Below are positions 40,440 to 50,254 of a DNA stretch of 64,000 nt, in pieces. The stretch comes from a virus. The position numbers and the translations under genes were made by a program. The DNA lies in IMG/VR virus record IMGVR_UViG_3300043442_000189; one strand, 5' to 3'. A model generated the notes under the pieces. The model did not search any database. It was not told where the DNA came from and saw only the letters and a program-made list of their open reading frames with translations. Position 1 is the stretch's first letter, and every line of letters starts with the position of its first letter.

Positions 40440-40709
40440 TTATCTGAAGTTTTTAGATTTTTGTTTTGCTGATTTTGGTTGAGGTACAAACTGTTTACCA
40501 GATTTGTTACCTTTTGCTTTAGCAGCATTAGTAGCAGCTTTCTCACCAGGAGTTAAAGCATCCCACGCAGCTTTAGGTAAGTATCTTTTTTTACCTTTAG
40601 ATTGAACCTCTTTAGAAGATCCTTTCTTAGTGTTTGCATGAGTACCTGAAGTCATCCATTTTTGATCACTCCAATTCTTTAAACTCTGTTGTGATTTAGC
40701 TAGCGCCAT
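40440..40709 (-). CDS. Small basic phage protein (DUF5872-like from memory, unverified)
   Basis: SQQSLKNWSDQKWMT..KRYLPKAAW..FVPQPK. Confidence 0.65.
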   Translation of the reverse strand: MALAKSQQSLKNWSDQKWMTSGTHANTKKGSSKEVQSKGKKRYLPKAAWDALTPGEKAATNAAKAKGNKSGKQFVPQPKSAKQKSKNFR

Positions 40710-40894
40710 TACTTATATCCTCCACCTTTAGACTTATACTCTTTAGCAAGTAATTGTGCTTTTCTAGCTGACCATTCCCCTGGATCACCACCTTTAGTAC
40801 CAGCTTTGATCTTCTTAAACAAAGATTCTCTCATACCAGGTTTGGTGTAATTACCAGCGGCGTTCACCTTAGATTTTGTTTTCTTAGCTGCCAT
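40709..40894 (-). CDS. Small basic phage protein (WSARKAQ family, DUF5872-like from memory)
   Basis: VNAAGNYTKPGMR..GEWSARKAQLLAKEYKSKGGGYK. Confidence 0.7.
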   Translation of the reverse strand: MAAKKTKSKVNAAGNYTKPGMRESLFKKIKAGTKGGDPGEWSARKAQLLAKEYKSKGGGYK

Positions 40895-40897
40895 ACT

Positions 40898-40907
40898 AAT
40901 AATATAC
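40898..40907 (-). promoter_or_regulatory. Putative phage late promoter GTATATTATT
   Basis: Repeated motif overlapping the upstream stop codon, 3 nt before ATG of the basic-protein cluster. Confidence 0.5.
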
Positions 40908-41920
40908 TAATTATTCCAATACTTTTCTACAGTTTTTGTTGCGTCTGCTAAAATACTTTCGTTCAGAGGATTTCTTAAATACTCAACAACCTCCGCAACA
41001 TTTCTACCTAGTAGAGAACCTGTGTTCTTATGATAGATCATACCGTCTGCTTTTGCTGTAAATACTTTGTAGTAAATACTATCTTTAACAATCGCCTTGA
41101 GTTTCAAAGTCTCCATGTCAAGATTTGCAGTATTAAGGAATTCTTCAGCAGCACGTTTAGCATTACGTTCTGTACCTTCTCCCATAATGTGTTTATCCAT
41201 CATATCATAGATTACATCAATAGGGGTAGATTTACGATATGTTGCACCAGCTACATCCACTAACTTACCTATATAGAATAACTTATTAGTATTCTTATCA
41301 ATAAGTTTCTGAAGTTCAGCAAGTGCTTTGTTACGAAGTTTCTTAAGTTCAGTTCTTGTAGAAGCTGTATCTTCATATCTGTCTAAATAGAATTTAGGTG
41401 TTTTAGTTCTAATTTTTGCATCTTCATAAGATTTAGCAATAATGCTAAAACCACCTGATTCAATTGCATATATTTTAATAAGATCATAAGGATCTTTTGT
41501 AGGATCTAAATTAACAGGTGTGTTACCACAACGCATTGTAATCTTTGCCCAAAACTCATCATTGTCAGGACGAAGTAATTTTACTTTATTCCAGAACTCA
41601 GGATCATCAGGATTAAGAACATTTGCAGCAAGTTGTTTTTCTAACTCACATACTACATTTCTAATCTCTCTGATTTTAGCTTCTCTTACTTCAGGATCTT
41701 TAATCAATTTGATCTCAGGAGCAAATTCATTAAGACCTGTAACATAACGTTTGATTCCGTTATGTTCGATACAAGCTAATTGTTCTTCGTGATATACACC
41801 TTCAAAAAGTGCTAGTCCGTAATTTTGAAGACCCATGTTGTCAACGGACTGATTGACGTAAGGTTTAACTGCAATAGGACCCTTTTTAGAAATAGGTTCC
41901 TGTACCATTGTAAAGCTCAT
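40907..41920 (-). CDS. Conserved structural-module protein downstream of MCP
   Basis: 337 aa; C-terminal LLGRNVAEVVEYLRNPLN; gene position typical of crAss-like phages; function unknown. Confidence 0.55.
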   Translation of the reverse strand: MSFTMVQEPISKKGPIAVKPYVNQSVDNMGLQNYGLALFEGVYHEEQLACIEHNGIKRYVTGLNEFAPEIKLIKDPEVREAKIREIRNVVCELEKQLAANVLNPDDPEFWNKVKLLRPDNDEFWAKITMRCGNTPVNLDPTKDPYDLIKIYAIESGGFSIIAKSYEDAKIRTKTPKFYLDRYEDTASTRTELKKLRNKALAELQKLIDKNTNKLFYIGKLVDVAGATYRKSTPIDVIYDMMDKHIMGEGTERNAKRAAEEFLNTANLDMETLKLKAIVKDSIYYKVFTAKADGMIYHKNTGSLLGRNVAEVVEYLRNPLNESILADATKTVEKYWNN

Positions 41921-41955
41921 AATTTTGTTGGTTTTTTATGTTTGACAAATATAGT

Positions 41956-41983
41956 AAAAAGGGGAGAGTTTTCACCCTCCCCC
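41956..41983 (-). terminator. Rho-independent terminator after MCP
   Basis: Minus strand GGGGAGGG-TGAAAA-CTCTCCCC-TTTTT. Confidence 0.8.
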
Positions 41984-42001
41984 GTTTTACATTTATAAAG
42001 A

Positions 42002-43639
42002 TTAGAAAGAACCTCCGGTAATTGGGTTGCGCATAACAATCTTCAATACCTTGGTTGGGTCTTTTACCCAGATAGCAGGCATCATTTGTGTCATGTATAC
42101 GCGGTATCCGTTGAATTGACCAGAAGACTGGAATCCTTGAGTACGTCCCATGTAATCCATGGTTCCGTTTTGGTACCACCACTTCAATTGATTATCCCAT
42201 CCCAACTTCAACATGTAGATGTTATCGTTAGTGTTATCGGTGATATCAAAAATAATGAAGTTGTAAGAAGACAATGGGAAACCATCGATAAGAGGATTCT
42301 CAATATCGTTAGTATGCAAGTTGTCGAACGCAGGATTCAATACAAACTTAACATTTGCCAAGAATGGGATAACGTAAGAAGTGTAAGCAAAACCGAAGTT
42401 CAAATCCATACCCTTACCAGTGATAGCACCGATATCAGCAGCTTGGATCAACAAACCAGAATTGATTGCCTCTTTCTTAATAGCTTCGTTAACCATACGC
42501 ATACCACCCATACCGGTTTGTACGATCAATTGACGCTTAGGATCTGGTCCTTGGAAGTCAACTTTACCAGCATAGAAGTTATAGATCTCAGAACGGAACA
42601 AATCCAAAGTGAAACCAGACTTGTTGTATACGCGCTTGAAAGAGTTATCCAACTGCTTCCAAAGACCCACAGACAAACGCAAATCATCTGGACCGTCTTG
42701 ACGAACACGACCACCTTGTCCCCACATCAAGTAAGTCTCAATGTCAGATGCAACTTTGGTCAAGTGAGCTGCTTCCATAGCAGTCAAGAAAGTACGAGAC
42801 AATGAACCGTTACCCATTGCACGCTTAACATAATCCTTACCCATCTTAGAAACCATAGTTTCCATAGAAGTGATAGAAGGATCAGAAGTCTTATCAAAGT
42901 TTCTCCAGATCTCAACTACAGGAACTGTACCGTCAGCGTTCATACCACCTTTGATCATCAAGTCAGCACGAGATGAAACAGAGTAATGTACGTGAGCTTC
43001 AGCACCACCTACGAAGTTGTAGTATTCACGGAAACCTGATTGAATTTGGATATCAGAGAAACGCTCTCCGTACTCACCACGAGCAGAACCTTTACGGAAC
43101 AACTTGTCACCAGGTTGCAAGTACTTGCTACAGTCAATACCTTGACCATTGTCATTGTTTACCAATTGTACAGTGTAGATGAAACCATCACCAGTAGGGA
43201 TGATATCGTCTGCAGTGATGTACATCTCAGATCCATTGTACTTGTCATAAGTGATGATGTCACCATGTCCAAACTCACGACGTGAAATCTTGATTTGGAA
43301 TGTAGTTCCATCAGTACCTAGGTTAGTTGGTTGTGTACCCTCACCTAAATCGGTAAGAACATTGTCAACAACGTAAGGAAGATCTTGAACGACAGGTGTC
43401 TGCCATTTGTACTCTCCGCGAGCGTTATCAACTGTGATTACGTTCTTTCCACCAAAGCTAGACATCTGATAAAGAGGCATTTCTACTTTCTGAACCATTG
43501 CCCACAAGTCAACTGGTCCTAGATCCATAGGTTCTGCATTTCTCAACATGTTAACCAAGTGGTAAGAATCTACGTGTGAACTAGCTTGGTAGTTGGTATC
43601 TCGTAGAAATATACCATTGTTTAAAACTGGAGTTGCCAT
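42002..43639 (-). CDS. Major capsid protein (HK97 fold, crAss-like)
   Basis: 545 aa after scaffold and portal; strong highly-expressed codon bias; own terminator; motifs GEYKWQ, SVGLWKQL, FVLNPAFD. Confidence 0.85.
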   Translation of the reverse strand: MATPVLNNGIFLRDTNYQASSHVDSYHLVNMLRNAEPMDLGPVDLWAMVQKVEMPLYQMSSFGGKNVITVDNARGEYKWQTPVVQDLPYVVDNVLTDLGEGTQPTNLGTDGTTFQIKISRREFGHGDIITYDKYNGSEMYITADDIIPTGDGFIYTVQLVNNDNGQGIDCSKYLQPGDKLFRKGSARGEYGERFSDIQIQSGFREYYNFVGGAEAHVHYSVSSRADLMIKGGMNADGTVPVVEIWRNFDKTSDPSITSMETMVSKMGKDYVKRAMGNGSLSRTFLTAMEAAHLTKVASDIETYLMWGQGGRVRQDGPDDLRLSVGLWKQLDNSFKRVYNKSGFTLDLFRSEIYNFYAGKVDFQGPDPKRQLIVQTGMGGMRMVNEAIKKEAINSGLLIQAADIGAITGKGMDLNFGFAYTSYVIPFLANVKFVLNPAFDNLHTNDIENPLIDGFPLSSYNFIIFDITDNTNDNIYMLKLGWDNQLKWWYQNGTMDYMGRTQGFQSSGQFNGYRVYMTQMMPAIWVKDPTKVLKIVMRNPITGGSF

Positions 43640-43662
43640 TTTTTATTTATTAATTAAAAGGG

Positions 43663-43941
43663 TTATTTTTTCTTCATCGATCCACCTTTCTTAAAAGGTG
43701 AAATTGCTTTCATTACTTTTTTTACGTCTTTCTTCATACCTCTGTATGTAGAACTTTTATCTAGCTTATCGTCAATTGCTTTAGCACCTGCATAAGCGCT
43801 TTTACCAGCACTCTTTGCTCCCTTAATTATCATATCCTCTCCTTTCTTTACAATCGTGCTCGGTCTTGCTACACCGGGTACATATCCGGATCCACTAGAT
43901 TTTTTTGCTGGTGTCTTACCACCTTTTTGCATTTTTTTCAT
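43663..43941 (-). CDS. Small basic protein with GG motifs at both ends
   Basis: MKKMQKGG...FKKGGSMKKK; lies between scaffold and MCP. Confidence 0.7.
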   Translation of the reverse strand: MKKMQKGGKTPAKKSSGSGYVPGVARPSTIVKKGEDMIIKGAKSAGKSAYAGAKAIDDKLDKSSTYRGMKKDVKKVMKAISPFKKGGSMKKK

Positions 43942-43944
43942 TTT

Positions 43945-45189
43945 CTATCGTTTAAAAAAGTTATCGTTTCTTGGTATCCTACGCTGGCGTGTTTCTTCAC
44001 GTTCAACTACAGGAGTACTAGATTGCATTTTAGCTTGTTCGGTTTTTAACTGACGCACAGTCTTTTCAACTGTTTGTTGTTGACCCTGACCTCTAAGTTT
44101 AGTTTTATATCCGTCAGGATCTGCTAGCAACCACAATGCTTCAGCAATCAAATCATGGCGAGGTTCAACATACTGATACTTCTCTAGTAAGTGTCCCAAC
44201 AAGTTTGTTGGTCTACCTGACATGGATGGGTATTGTGGTTGAACTAATCCACTGTATAACATTGATTGTGTTTTCTTATCAAGTTTTACACCGTTTAACT
44301 CACCTGGTTGTAATGTAGAGTAAACATTCTGCATGTAGTGTTGAGCTGCTGCTTCTTGTTGTTTTCTAATTCTTTCTTGTTCAGCAACTTTGCGAGCTAC
44401 AACTTGTTCTTGCATCTTGTCCAACTTTGGTTTGAACTTCATAGCTTTCGCTTCTAGTTCACCTCTGTCTTTCCATCCTATGATCTCTTCGTCAATATCG
44501 TCATCAGTTCCAAAGTTTGTTGCTCTTAAGTATTCGCGTAGAATTACTTCTTGGTCACGCTCATTCTTAGGATTCAACTCTCTGTGTTCTTCGACTTCTG
44601 ACAAGATCTTAAACAAACCTTTTAGATCAGCACCACCATCTGCTACATACTTTGCAGCATATTGTAGTTCTTCTGGAAGAGAATCAAAAAACTCTAGGGG
44701 AGTTTCTTGACGAAGTCTGTTTTCCATTTCGTTAAAGTTTGCATCAAGCAACTCTTCAAAATCTTTTACAGAATATTCTTCCAAAGGTTTGTCATCATCA
44801 AAAGGAACAATCTTACCTGATTCAATCATTTTATTGAATACTTCTGCAAGTCCGCTTTTTTCAACTTTTGGTCTACCTACTGGTTTCTCATTAGTTTCAT
44901 TATCTTTTGGACCAGAGAAGTCATCTTCAGGATCTGCTTCTTTGATAATAGAATCTACATCTACCTTTTTTTCCTTTGAATCATCTGAGTCATCCTCATC
45001 TAATTCGTTGTCAATAAATGACATATCTGGTGAAGTTGAACTGAAGATACTTGGTTTCGCTTCAGTCTTCTTACCATCTGTGTCAGGAAGCATAACGTTT
45101 TCTGCTCCCGGGGTTCCTAGAATTTCATCTAGGTTGATTTCTACTTCTTCTACAGAAGTAGAATCATTGTTTTGGTTAGTCGTACTCAT
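43945..45189 (-). CDS. Capsid scaffolding-like protein
   Basis: 414 aa; very acidic N-terminal half and coiled-coil C-terminal half; located between portal and MCP. Confidence 0.6.
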   Translation of the reverse strand: MSTTNQNNDSTSVEEVEINLDEILGTPGAENVMLPDTDGKKTEAKPSIFSSTSPDMSFIDNELDEDDSDDSKEKKVDVDSIIKEADPEDDFSGPKDNETNEKPVGRPKVEKSGLAEVFNKMIESGKIVPFDDDKPLEEYSVKDFEELLDANFNEMENRLRQETPLEFFDSLPEELQYAAKYVADGGADLKGLFKILSEVEEHRELNPKNERDQEVILREYLRATNFGTDDDIDEEIIGWKDRGELEAKAMKFKPKLDKMQEQVVARKVAEQERIRKQQEAAAQHYMQNVYSTLQPGELNGVKLDKKTQSMLYSGLVQPQYPSMSGRPTNLLGHLLEKYQYVEPRHDLIAEALWLLADPDGYKTKLRGQGQQQTVEKTVRQLKTEQAKMQSSTPVVEREETRQRRIPRNDNFFKR

Positions 45190-45211
45190 AAAGTTGGTTT
45201 AGCTTTACATT

Positions 45212-45221
45212 AATAATATAC
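45212..45221 (-). promoter_or_regulatory. Putative phage late promoter GTATATTATT
   Basis: Intergenic copy upstream of the scaffold-MCP operon. Confidence 0.55.
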
Positions 45222-45291
45222 ACAAAATTATAACTTTAAACTTTATAGATTAATATTCTAAAAAAAGAAAATAAGATTCTATAGCAAAAAG

Positions 45292-48042
45292 TTATTTTTT
45301 CTTATTTTTATCGTTGTCTTTTTTGTCGTATTTGTTCTTGTTTTCTCTTGCAATTTGCAATTGTGTTTGTGCAATCTGCTGTTGAGTAGCAAGTTTTTGA
45401 CGCTCGATTTCCATTTTATCTCTATGTTCTGATTGCTTGTTTACCTCTTTTTCTTTTTCAAAACCCATTGTCTGAATGTATTCTTCAGAACTTTGAATTT
45501 GTTTAAGAGCATCCATGTAATCAGACTGTTGATTCTGGTTTTGATCTTGCATAGCACCGTAACCAGCAGATCTAATCTGTGCTTCAACAATACGAGCTTC
45601 TCTATCTTTCTGATTCTCACTAGCTTCAAATTCCAACTTCTGACGTTGTTCTTCAGCTTTTGCTTGAAGTGCTTGTTCTTGCATCTGCTGTTGCTGTTGC
45701 ATTTCTGCTTGCTTTTGTTCTTGTTGCTTAACTTCAGCTTTCTTAAGAACATTAGATACCTCAGCAATAGATTCAGATTTAAGTACATTACCTAGATCAT
45801 AGATAGACGCACCTGTTGTGTTATTCTGAATTGCCATTTGTTTAAGCTGTTCAAGAATAGCACGTTGATTTGCTTTAGTAGCTACAAATATATTTAGATC
45901 TCTAAGTAATAGATCTGTTCCGTTTATTTCAAAGTTCGTACGCTCATCCTCCGTAATCATATACTGTAAACGATTTGACGGTTTAGTAGAATGATAATAC
46001 TGTGCTAGGTCTGTACGCATTTGATGCACTCTAGGCATCAAGTAGTCACAGTGTTGTATAAAGTAAGTCTCTGTCTGCGCGTACGAAGCATTAATAGATT
46101 GCTCAATACCGGTAGCGGTCTGCTGACCGATCTGCTGACCTAAACGTTGTGGAGTAATACCAATAACTTCAAATGCTTGCATCTTAAAGTAATTAGCAAG
46201 CTGTATACGTGACATCAAGCGATTAGTTTGATCTAGATCCAATTTCTGATAATGCTGGAATGATAAAGCGTTCTCAGTATTAGTAATAGATGTATCTAAG
46301 GGTAACATCTGGAAGTTCTTCATAGCAACATAAGCTTTCGCTAAGTTGTTCTTACCCCAGTCTTCACCCAAAGAATGTTTAGGTAGAGCGTTCTGATCTA
46401 ACATGATTACTGTACCCAACTCATCTACAAGAATATCCGCAATCTGATTATTTACAATATTGTATCCAATCTGGAAAGGTTTCATCAAATCTACAAGTGA
46501 CGTAGACCTGGTGTTCCTATCTGTAAATACAGAACCTTCAACTGGTAGTTTGCATCCATACAAACTAGATTCACCTTTAAACTGGAACTTCAACGGTTTG
46601 ATGTTGTTCTGATTAATACCTAAGTATATAGGATTAATACCACCAGGGTTATTCGATCCCCAGAATGTAGGTCTATTAGGACCAATCTTTACACCACCCC
46701 ATACTTCGTTAATCCAGATCCAATCAATATGCTCACCAAAGATTAAGTTATCCTTCGTTTTATTTTTAATAAGAGACGTGTTGTACTGAGGTTTGTCGGT
46801 AATTTTATAAGATTCATCTACAATATCTTGGAACACATCTCCATTATCATTAATCTTAGTTAAGTGTCCTACTTTACGTTGTGACTTCCAATATGCTGTA
46901 GTTACACGAAGCATGTTAGACATACCCATATCAAAATAGTCTTCGTCTTGAGACATGATCCAGTTTACGATATCACCACCGTGCTGGGTATTATCCCACA
47001 TAGAAGTAAATTGGCGATAACCTAAAGATGGTAAATTAGTGTTCCATTCGTGAGATTTAGTCGCATCGTAGTAACTACCATCATTTTGATAACCTTGAAT
47101 AGGATAACCAGCAGAACGAACAGGATAAATTAATTCTAAAGAAGCAAGTTGTTCTTCAGTCATTAACCATCCGTATTTATCAATAACGTCAGCAACAGTC
47201 ATCATATCAAACTTACCAACCCATTGACCTTGAGATATATATCGATTATCTGGTGACTTATGATAGAATGTAAGAACAGGATTCCATAACTCTACATCAT
47301 AATCATCTTCCATCATTTTAAAATGCCAGAACTCTCTATCAGTAATAAGCATATCGCGGAAAGCACGTTCTTCAAGTTCTTCCATTTTAAACCTGTCAAC
47401 GTCTACTTTATGCTGATGTTCTGCCCACTGCTCAACCATACTCTTATAACTCTTAGAAAAGAAGTCTTGTATTTCTGGTAGAGTTTTCATTTTATCTGGC
47501 GCCATTGCTTGTTGAAACTCTTCAGAATCTTCTGGGTATCCCATTTCTGAAAGTTTCATCATCATATCTTGTTGAGCGTTAAATAAAAGAACTTCTTCTA
47601 CTTGAGCACGCTTTTGTTCTAACATCTCATTATAAGAGATATCATCAACCCCACTATAAGATACGCGTGTATTTCTTTTAGCAAACTCAGAAACTAGTGT
47701 ATTAATAACATTAGGAACGATTGGATAAAACTTAAGTTCTAGTGCAGATACATCTTCTTGTGTTAATGTCTCAATAAGATCAGCATATTCATTATCCTGC
47801 TCAACGATATAATCACCACGATCAATGATACCTTTAGCAAGTTTATAGTTTTTCATCAAACGACGTGCGTTACGACGAATTTGTTTCAATCCTTCCCACT
47901 CCAACCAGTCTAGATTCCATGCTGTCCAATCGTTATCTTTCTTAGAACGAGGTATAAACTGAATGGGTTGATTAAGTGTTCCCATTCTATTGTAATCCGC
48001 TTTCGCACCATTCTTTAATTGTAGGGCGTTATATACTTGCAT
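45292..48042 (-). CDS. Portal protein
   Basis: 916 aa right after terminase; YPIVPNVIN..E, GITPQRLGQ motifs and Gln-rich coiled-coil barrel of crAss-like portals. Confidence 0.85.
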   Translation of the reverse strand: MQVYNALQLKNGAKADYNRMGTLNQPIQFIPRSKKDNDWTAWNLDWLEWEGLKQIRRNARRLMKNYKLAKGIIDRGDYIVEQDNEYADLIETLTQEDVSALELKFYPIVPNVINTLVSEFAKRNTRVSYSGVDDISYNEMLEQKRAQVEEVLLFNAQQDMMMKLSEMGYPEDSEEFQQAMAPDKMKTLPEIQDFFSKSYKSMVEQWAEHQHKVDVDRFKMEELEERAFRDMLITDREFWHFKMMEDDYDVELWNPVLTFYHKSPDNRYISQGQWVGKFDMMTVADVIDKYGWLMTEEQLASLELIYPVRSAGYPIQGYQNDGSYYDATKSHEWNTNLPSLGYRQFTSMWDNTQHGGDIVNWIMSQDEDYFDMGMSNMLRVTTAYWKSQRKVGHLTKINDNGDVFQDIVDESYKITDKPQYNTSLIKNKTKDNLIFGEHIDWIWINEVWGGVKIGPNRPTFWGSNNPGGINPIYLGINQNNIKPLKFQFKGESSLYGCKLPVEGSVFTDRNTRSTSLVDLMKPFQIGYNIVNNQIADILVDELGTVIMLDQNALPKHSLGEDWGKNNLAKAYVAMKNFQMLPLDTSITNTENALSFQHYQKLDLDQTNRLMSRIQLANYFKMQAFEVIGITPQRLGQQIGQQTATGIEQSINASYAQTETYFIQHCDYLMPRVHQMRTDLAQYYHSTKPSNRLQYMITEDERTNFEINGTDLLLRDLNIFVATKANQRAILEQLKQMAIQNNTTGASIYDLGNVLKSESIAEVSNVLKKAEVKQQEQKQAEMQQQQQMQEQALQAKAEEQRQKLEFEASENQKDREARIVEAQIRSAGYGAMQDQNQNQQSDYMDALKQIQSSEEYIQTMGFEKEKEVNKQSEHRDKMEIERQKLATQQQIAQTQLQIARENKNKYDKKDNDKNKKK

Positions 48043-48043
48043 A

Positions 48044-50254
48044 TTATCTTAAGTTTCTAAAAGGTTGTTTGGGTATCTTCATTCCATTAAATGCTGAACC
48101 GGATCCACCAATATGACGGAACGGGCTCATATTCAATTTACTGAAATTATCGCGTTTATCCAACTTTTTCGCCTTATCTGTCTCCTCATATCTCTTTTTA
48201 TAACCACGATTTGCTTGTTGGACTTTAGCAAATGCAATTAATGCAGCAAACGATACTAGTCTATCGACGTTTAATCCTTCCTGATATGCTGCCATTTCAG
48301 TAAGTAGCATAGGGTCCGGTATACGTTCTACACCATAAACGGTTTTTACAACTTCACCATCAGACTTAGTTTCTACATCTAACTCTTCTTTAAGAAAGTC
48401 AATTGCATAACTAAGCATGTGACTTTTAAATAGGGTACCTGTATTCTTCCAACCGTACTCCTGGAATACATTAGCATTTGCACCAAGATCTTTAAGAAAT
48501 AATATTTGTGATCTCTGAACTAAATACTTTTGTTTTTTCCTATACAGCATGTGGTTAATGAACTGAGAAATATTATTTTCTACTATTGTCCACGCGTTAT
48601 ACCACTCTATAATTAATTCAAGACGCTCGTGTGTTTTATTAATATCATCAAAACGACCACACCAAGCTGCTACAATCTTATCTCTTTCTACAAAAGTCTC
48701 TACTTTTTCACCGTCATTTCTGGTTACTTCTACCGCTGTTTTGTATACGTATATAGAACACAATGACTCCGATGTTGTAGTTTTACCTTCACCTACCGGG
48801 TCAACAGAAGCATAGTACATTCCGAACTCCGGATTCTTTACAGGTCTTTCATAACATACAAATACCCCTGTTTTATCTTCACGTTTTTTATCTACAGGGA
48901 ATTCCATGATCGGTAACTTAGATGTTGGTTTAACATCCACATCCCCTTTCTCATCCCTATAAATATCTAAGAACTCAGTAGGATAAGTTTTCTCTTCAAT
49001 CCTTCGCATCTGAGCACCTATAAGATTTAACGGGAATATAGATACCTTTCTGTAAGCAAACGCTTCTTCAATATTTCTGGGATGCTGAGAAATACGCAAC
49101 TGATATTGTTCAGGACTAAGATCTTTCTTCCACTTCTCAAACTGTTCATCTAGTGCTTTAAGTGCTTCTTCTACTTTAGAGTTACCAAACTCATCAATAA
49201 ATGGTGGCATTGACCATTGTTCCGGAATAAACAAACCCGATCTACCATGCGTACCCTTAGAGTCTATAAGATCTGTTTCTACTGCGTATATGTCATTGGG
49301 GTCTGGTCTGAGTGTCATCTCTTTTAGAGGTTCACACTGATCAAGGTCACCCACAGATCCTGCTGCGATAAACATACCTGTAGTAACAAATCCGGATCTC
49401 ATAGCAGGACGGATATACTCAAAGGTAGTATCCATTTTAGGAGCAATACCAGCTTCCTCGTGGAAGAAATACTTACAAGGTCCCCCTACCCCATTTGTAG
49501 GATCTTTCTCAAAAGACATTCCTTGAAGTACACCTTTGAGACCTACTTCTGTTTTACGCTTTTGTGAACCTTGTACTATTTCGATCTTTTGTTGCCATAA
49601 CAAAACTTTCCCGGGGTTCATTGGACGATACCATGCTGTATGTTTATTCAAGAATGCTTCGTATTCATTTAAAAACTTCCATGAACCTTTATCATTAATA
49701 TAGTCTTTTAGACTAGCACCTACTTTTAGAGTAATACCCTCTTCAAACCAGATCTGATTAATCATCTTACCCATGTGGTAGTATGATGAAGCTATCTGAC
49801 GTTTCTTAAGTATAGAACTATGCTTGTAATGTAACTCAGCTAATAGTTCGTATAGCGCCATATGGTACTGCGCATCACGCACGTCCGCGAAACCAAACTT
49901 CTGAATCTCCTTATTAAAGATAGGTAAGAAGTTCAACCACATGTAATAGTCTCTAGGGAGATACCAAGTATTGGTACCATTCTGGAAGATCACACCGTAC
50001 CGACACTTATTTTTCTCATTATCCCAATATATTCTATAGTCTTTACTTCCTTGGGGAGAGATGCAGTATACACCATTTTGATTGAATAATCTAGCTTGCT
50101 CGTTAAATAAGAAACTAGTCTCATCAAAATTATATTTACCGGGTTCTTTAAATACAGATAGTACAAAGTCCTTGTATTCATCTCTTGTTTCAAAAGATGT
50201 TGTGAACCATATACCGTTTTTCCAAGTAGGTATTTCTATAAAACTAGTATTCAT
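48044..50254 (-). CDS. terL: Terminase large subunit
   Basis: ATPase motifs LKKRQIASSY and YFFHEEAG; RNase H-like YYASVDP, IVENN and VDRLVS. Confidence 0.9.
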   Translation of the reverse strand: MNTSFIEIPTWKNGIWFTTSFETRDEYKDFVLSVFKEPGKYNFDETSFLFNEQARLFNQNGVYCISPQGSKDYRIYWDNEKNKCRYGVIFQNGTNTWYLPRDYYMWLNFLPIFNKEIQKFGFADVRDAQYHMALYELLAELHYKHSSILKKRQIASSYYHMGKMINQIWFEEGITLKVGASLKDYINDKGSWKFLNEYEAFLNKHTAWYRPMNPGKVLLWQQKIEIVQGSQKRKTEVGLKGVLQGMSFEKDPTNGVGGPCKYFFHEEAGIAPKMDTTFEYIRPAMRSGFVTTGMFIAAGSVGDLDQCEPLKEMTLRPDPNDIYAVETDLIDSKGTHGRSGLFIPEQWSMPPFIDEFGNSKVEEALKALDEQFEKWKKDLSPEQYQLRISQHPRNIEEAFAYRKVSIFPLNLIGAQMRRIEEKTYPTEFLDIYRDEKGDVDVKPTSKLPIMEFPVDKKREDKTGVFVCYERPVKNPEFGMYYASVDPVGEGKTTTSESLCSIYVYKTAVEVTRNDGEKVETFVERDKIVAAWCGRFDDINKTHERLELIIEWYNAWTIVENNISQFINHMLYRKKQKYLVQRSQILFLKDLGANANVFQEYGWKNTGTLFKSHMLSYAIDFLKEELDVETKSDGEVVKTVYGVERIPDPMLLTEMAAYQEGLNVDRLVSFAALIAFAKVQQANRGYKKRYEETDKAKKLDKRDNFSKLNMSPFRHIGGSGSAFNGMKIPKQPFRNLR

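Noticed and set aside
40235-40546. Track's longer N-termini for the 40235, 50887 and 54013 ORFs
   Set aside because: Extensions overlap upstream genes; internal ATGs (40438, 51063, 54384) give normal coupled junctions
42086-42805. 239-aa plus-strand ORF antisense to MCP (also 42973-43285 and minus-strand 41886-42182, 42526-42714)
   Set aside because: Shadow of the strongly biased MCP codon usage; no protein-like motifs, no plus-strand promoter, and all real genes are on the minus strand
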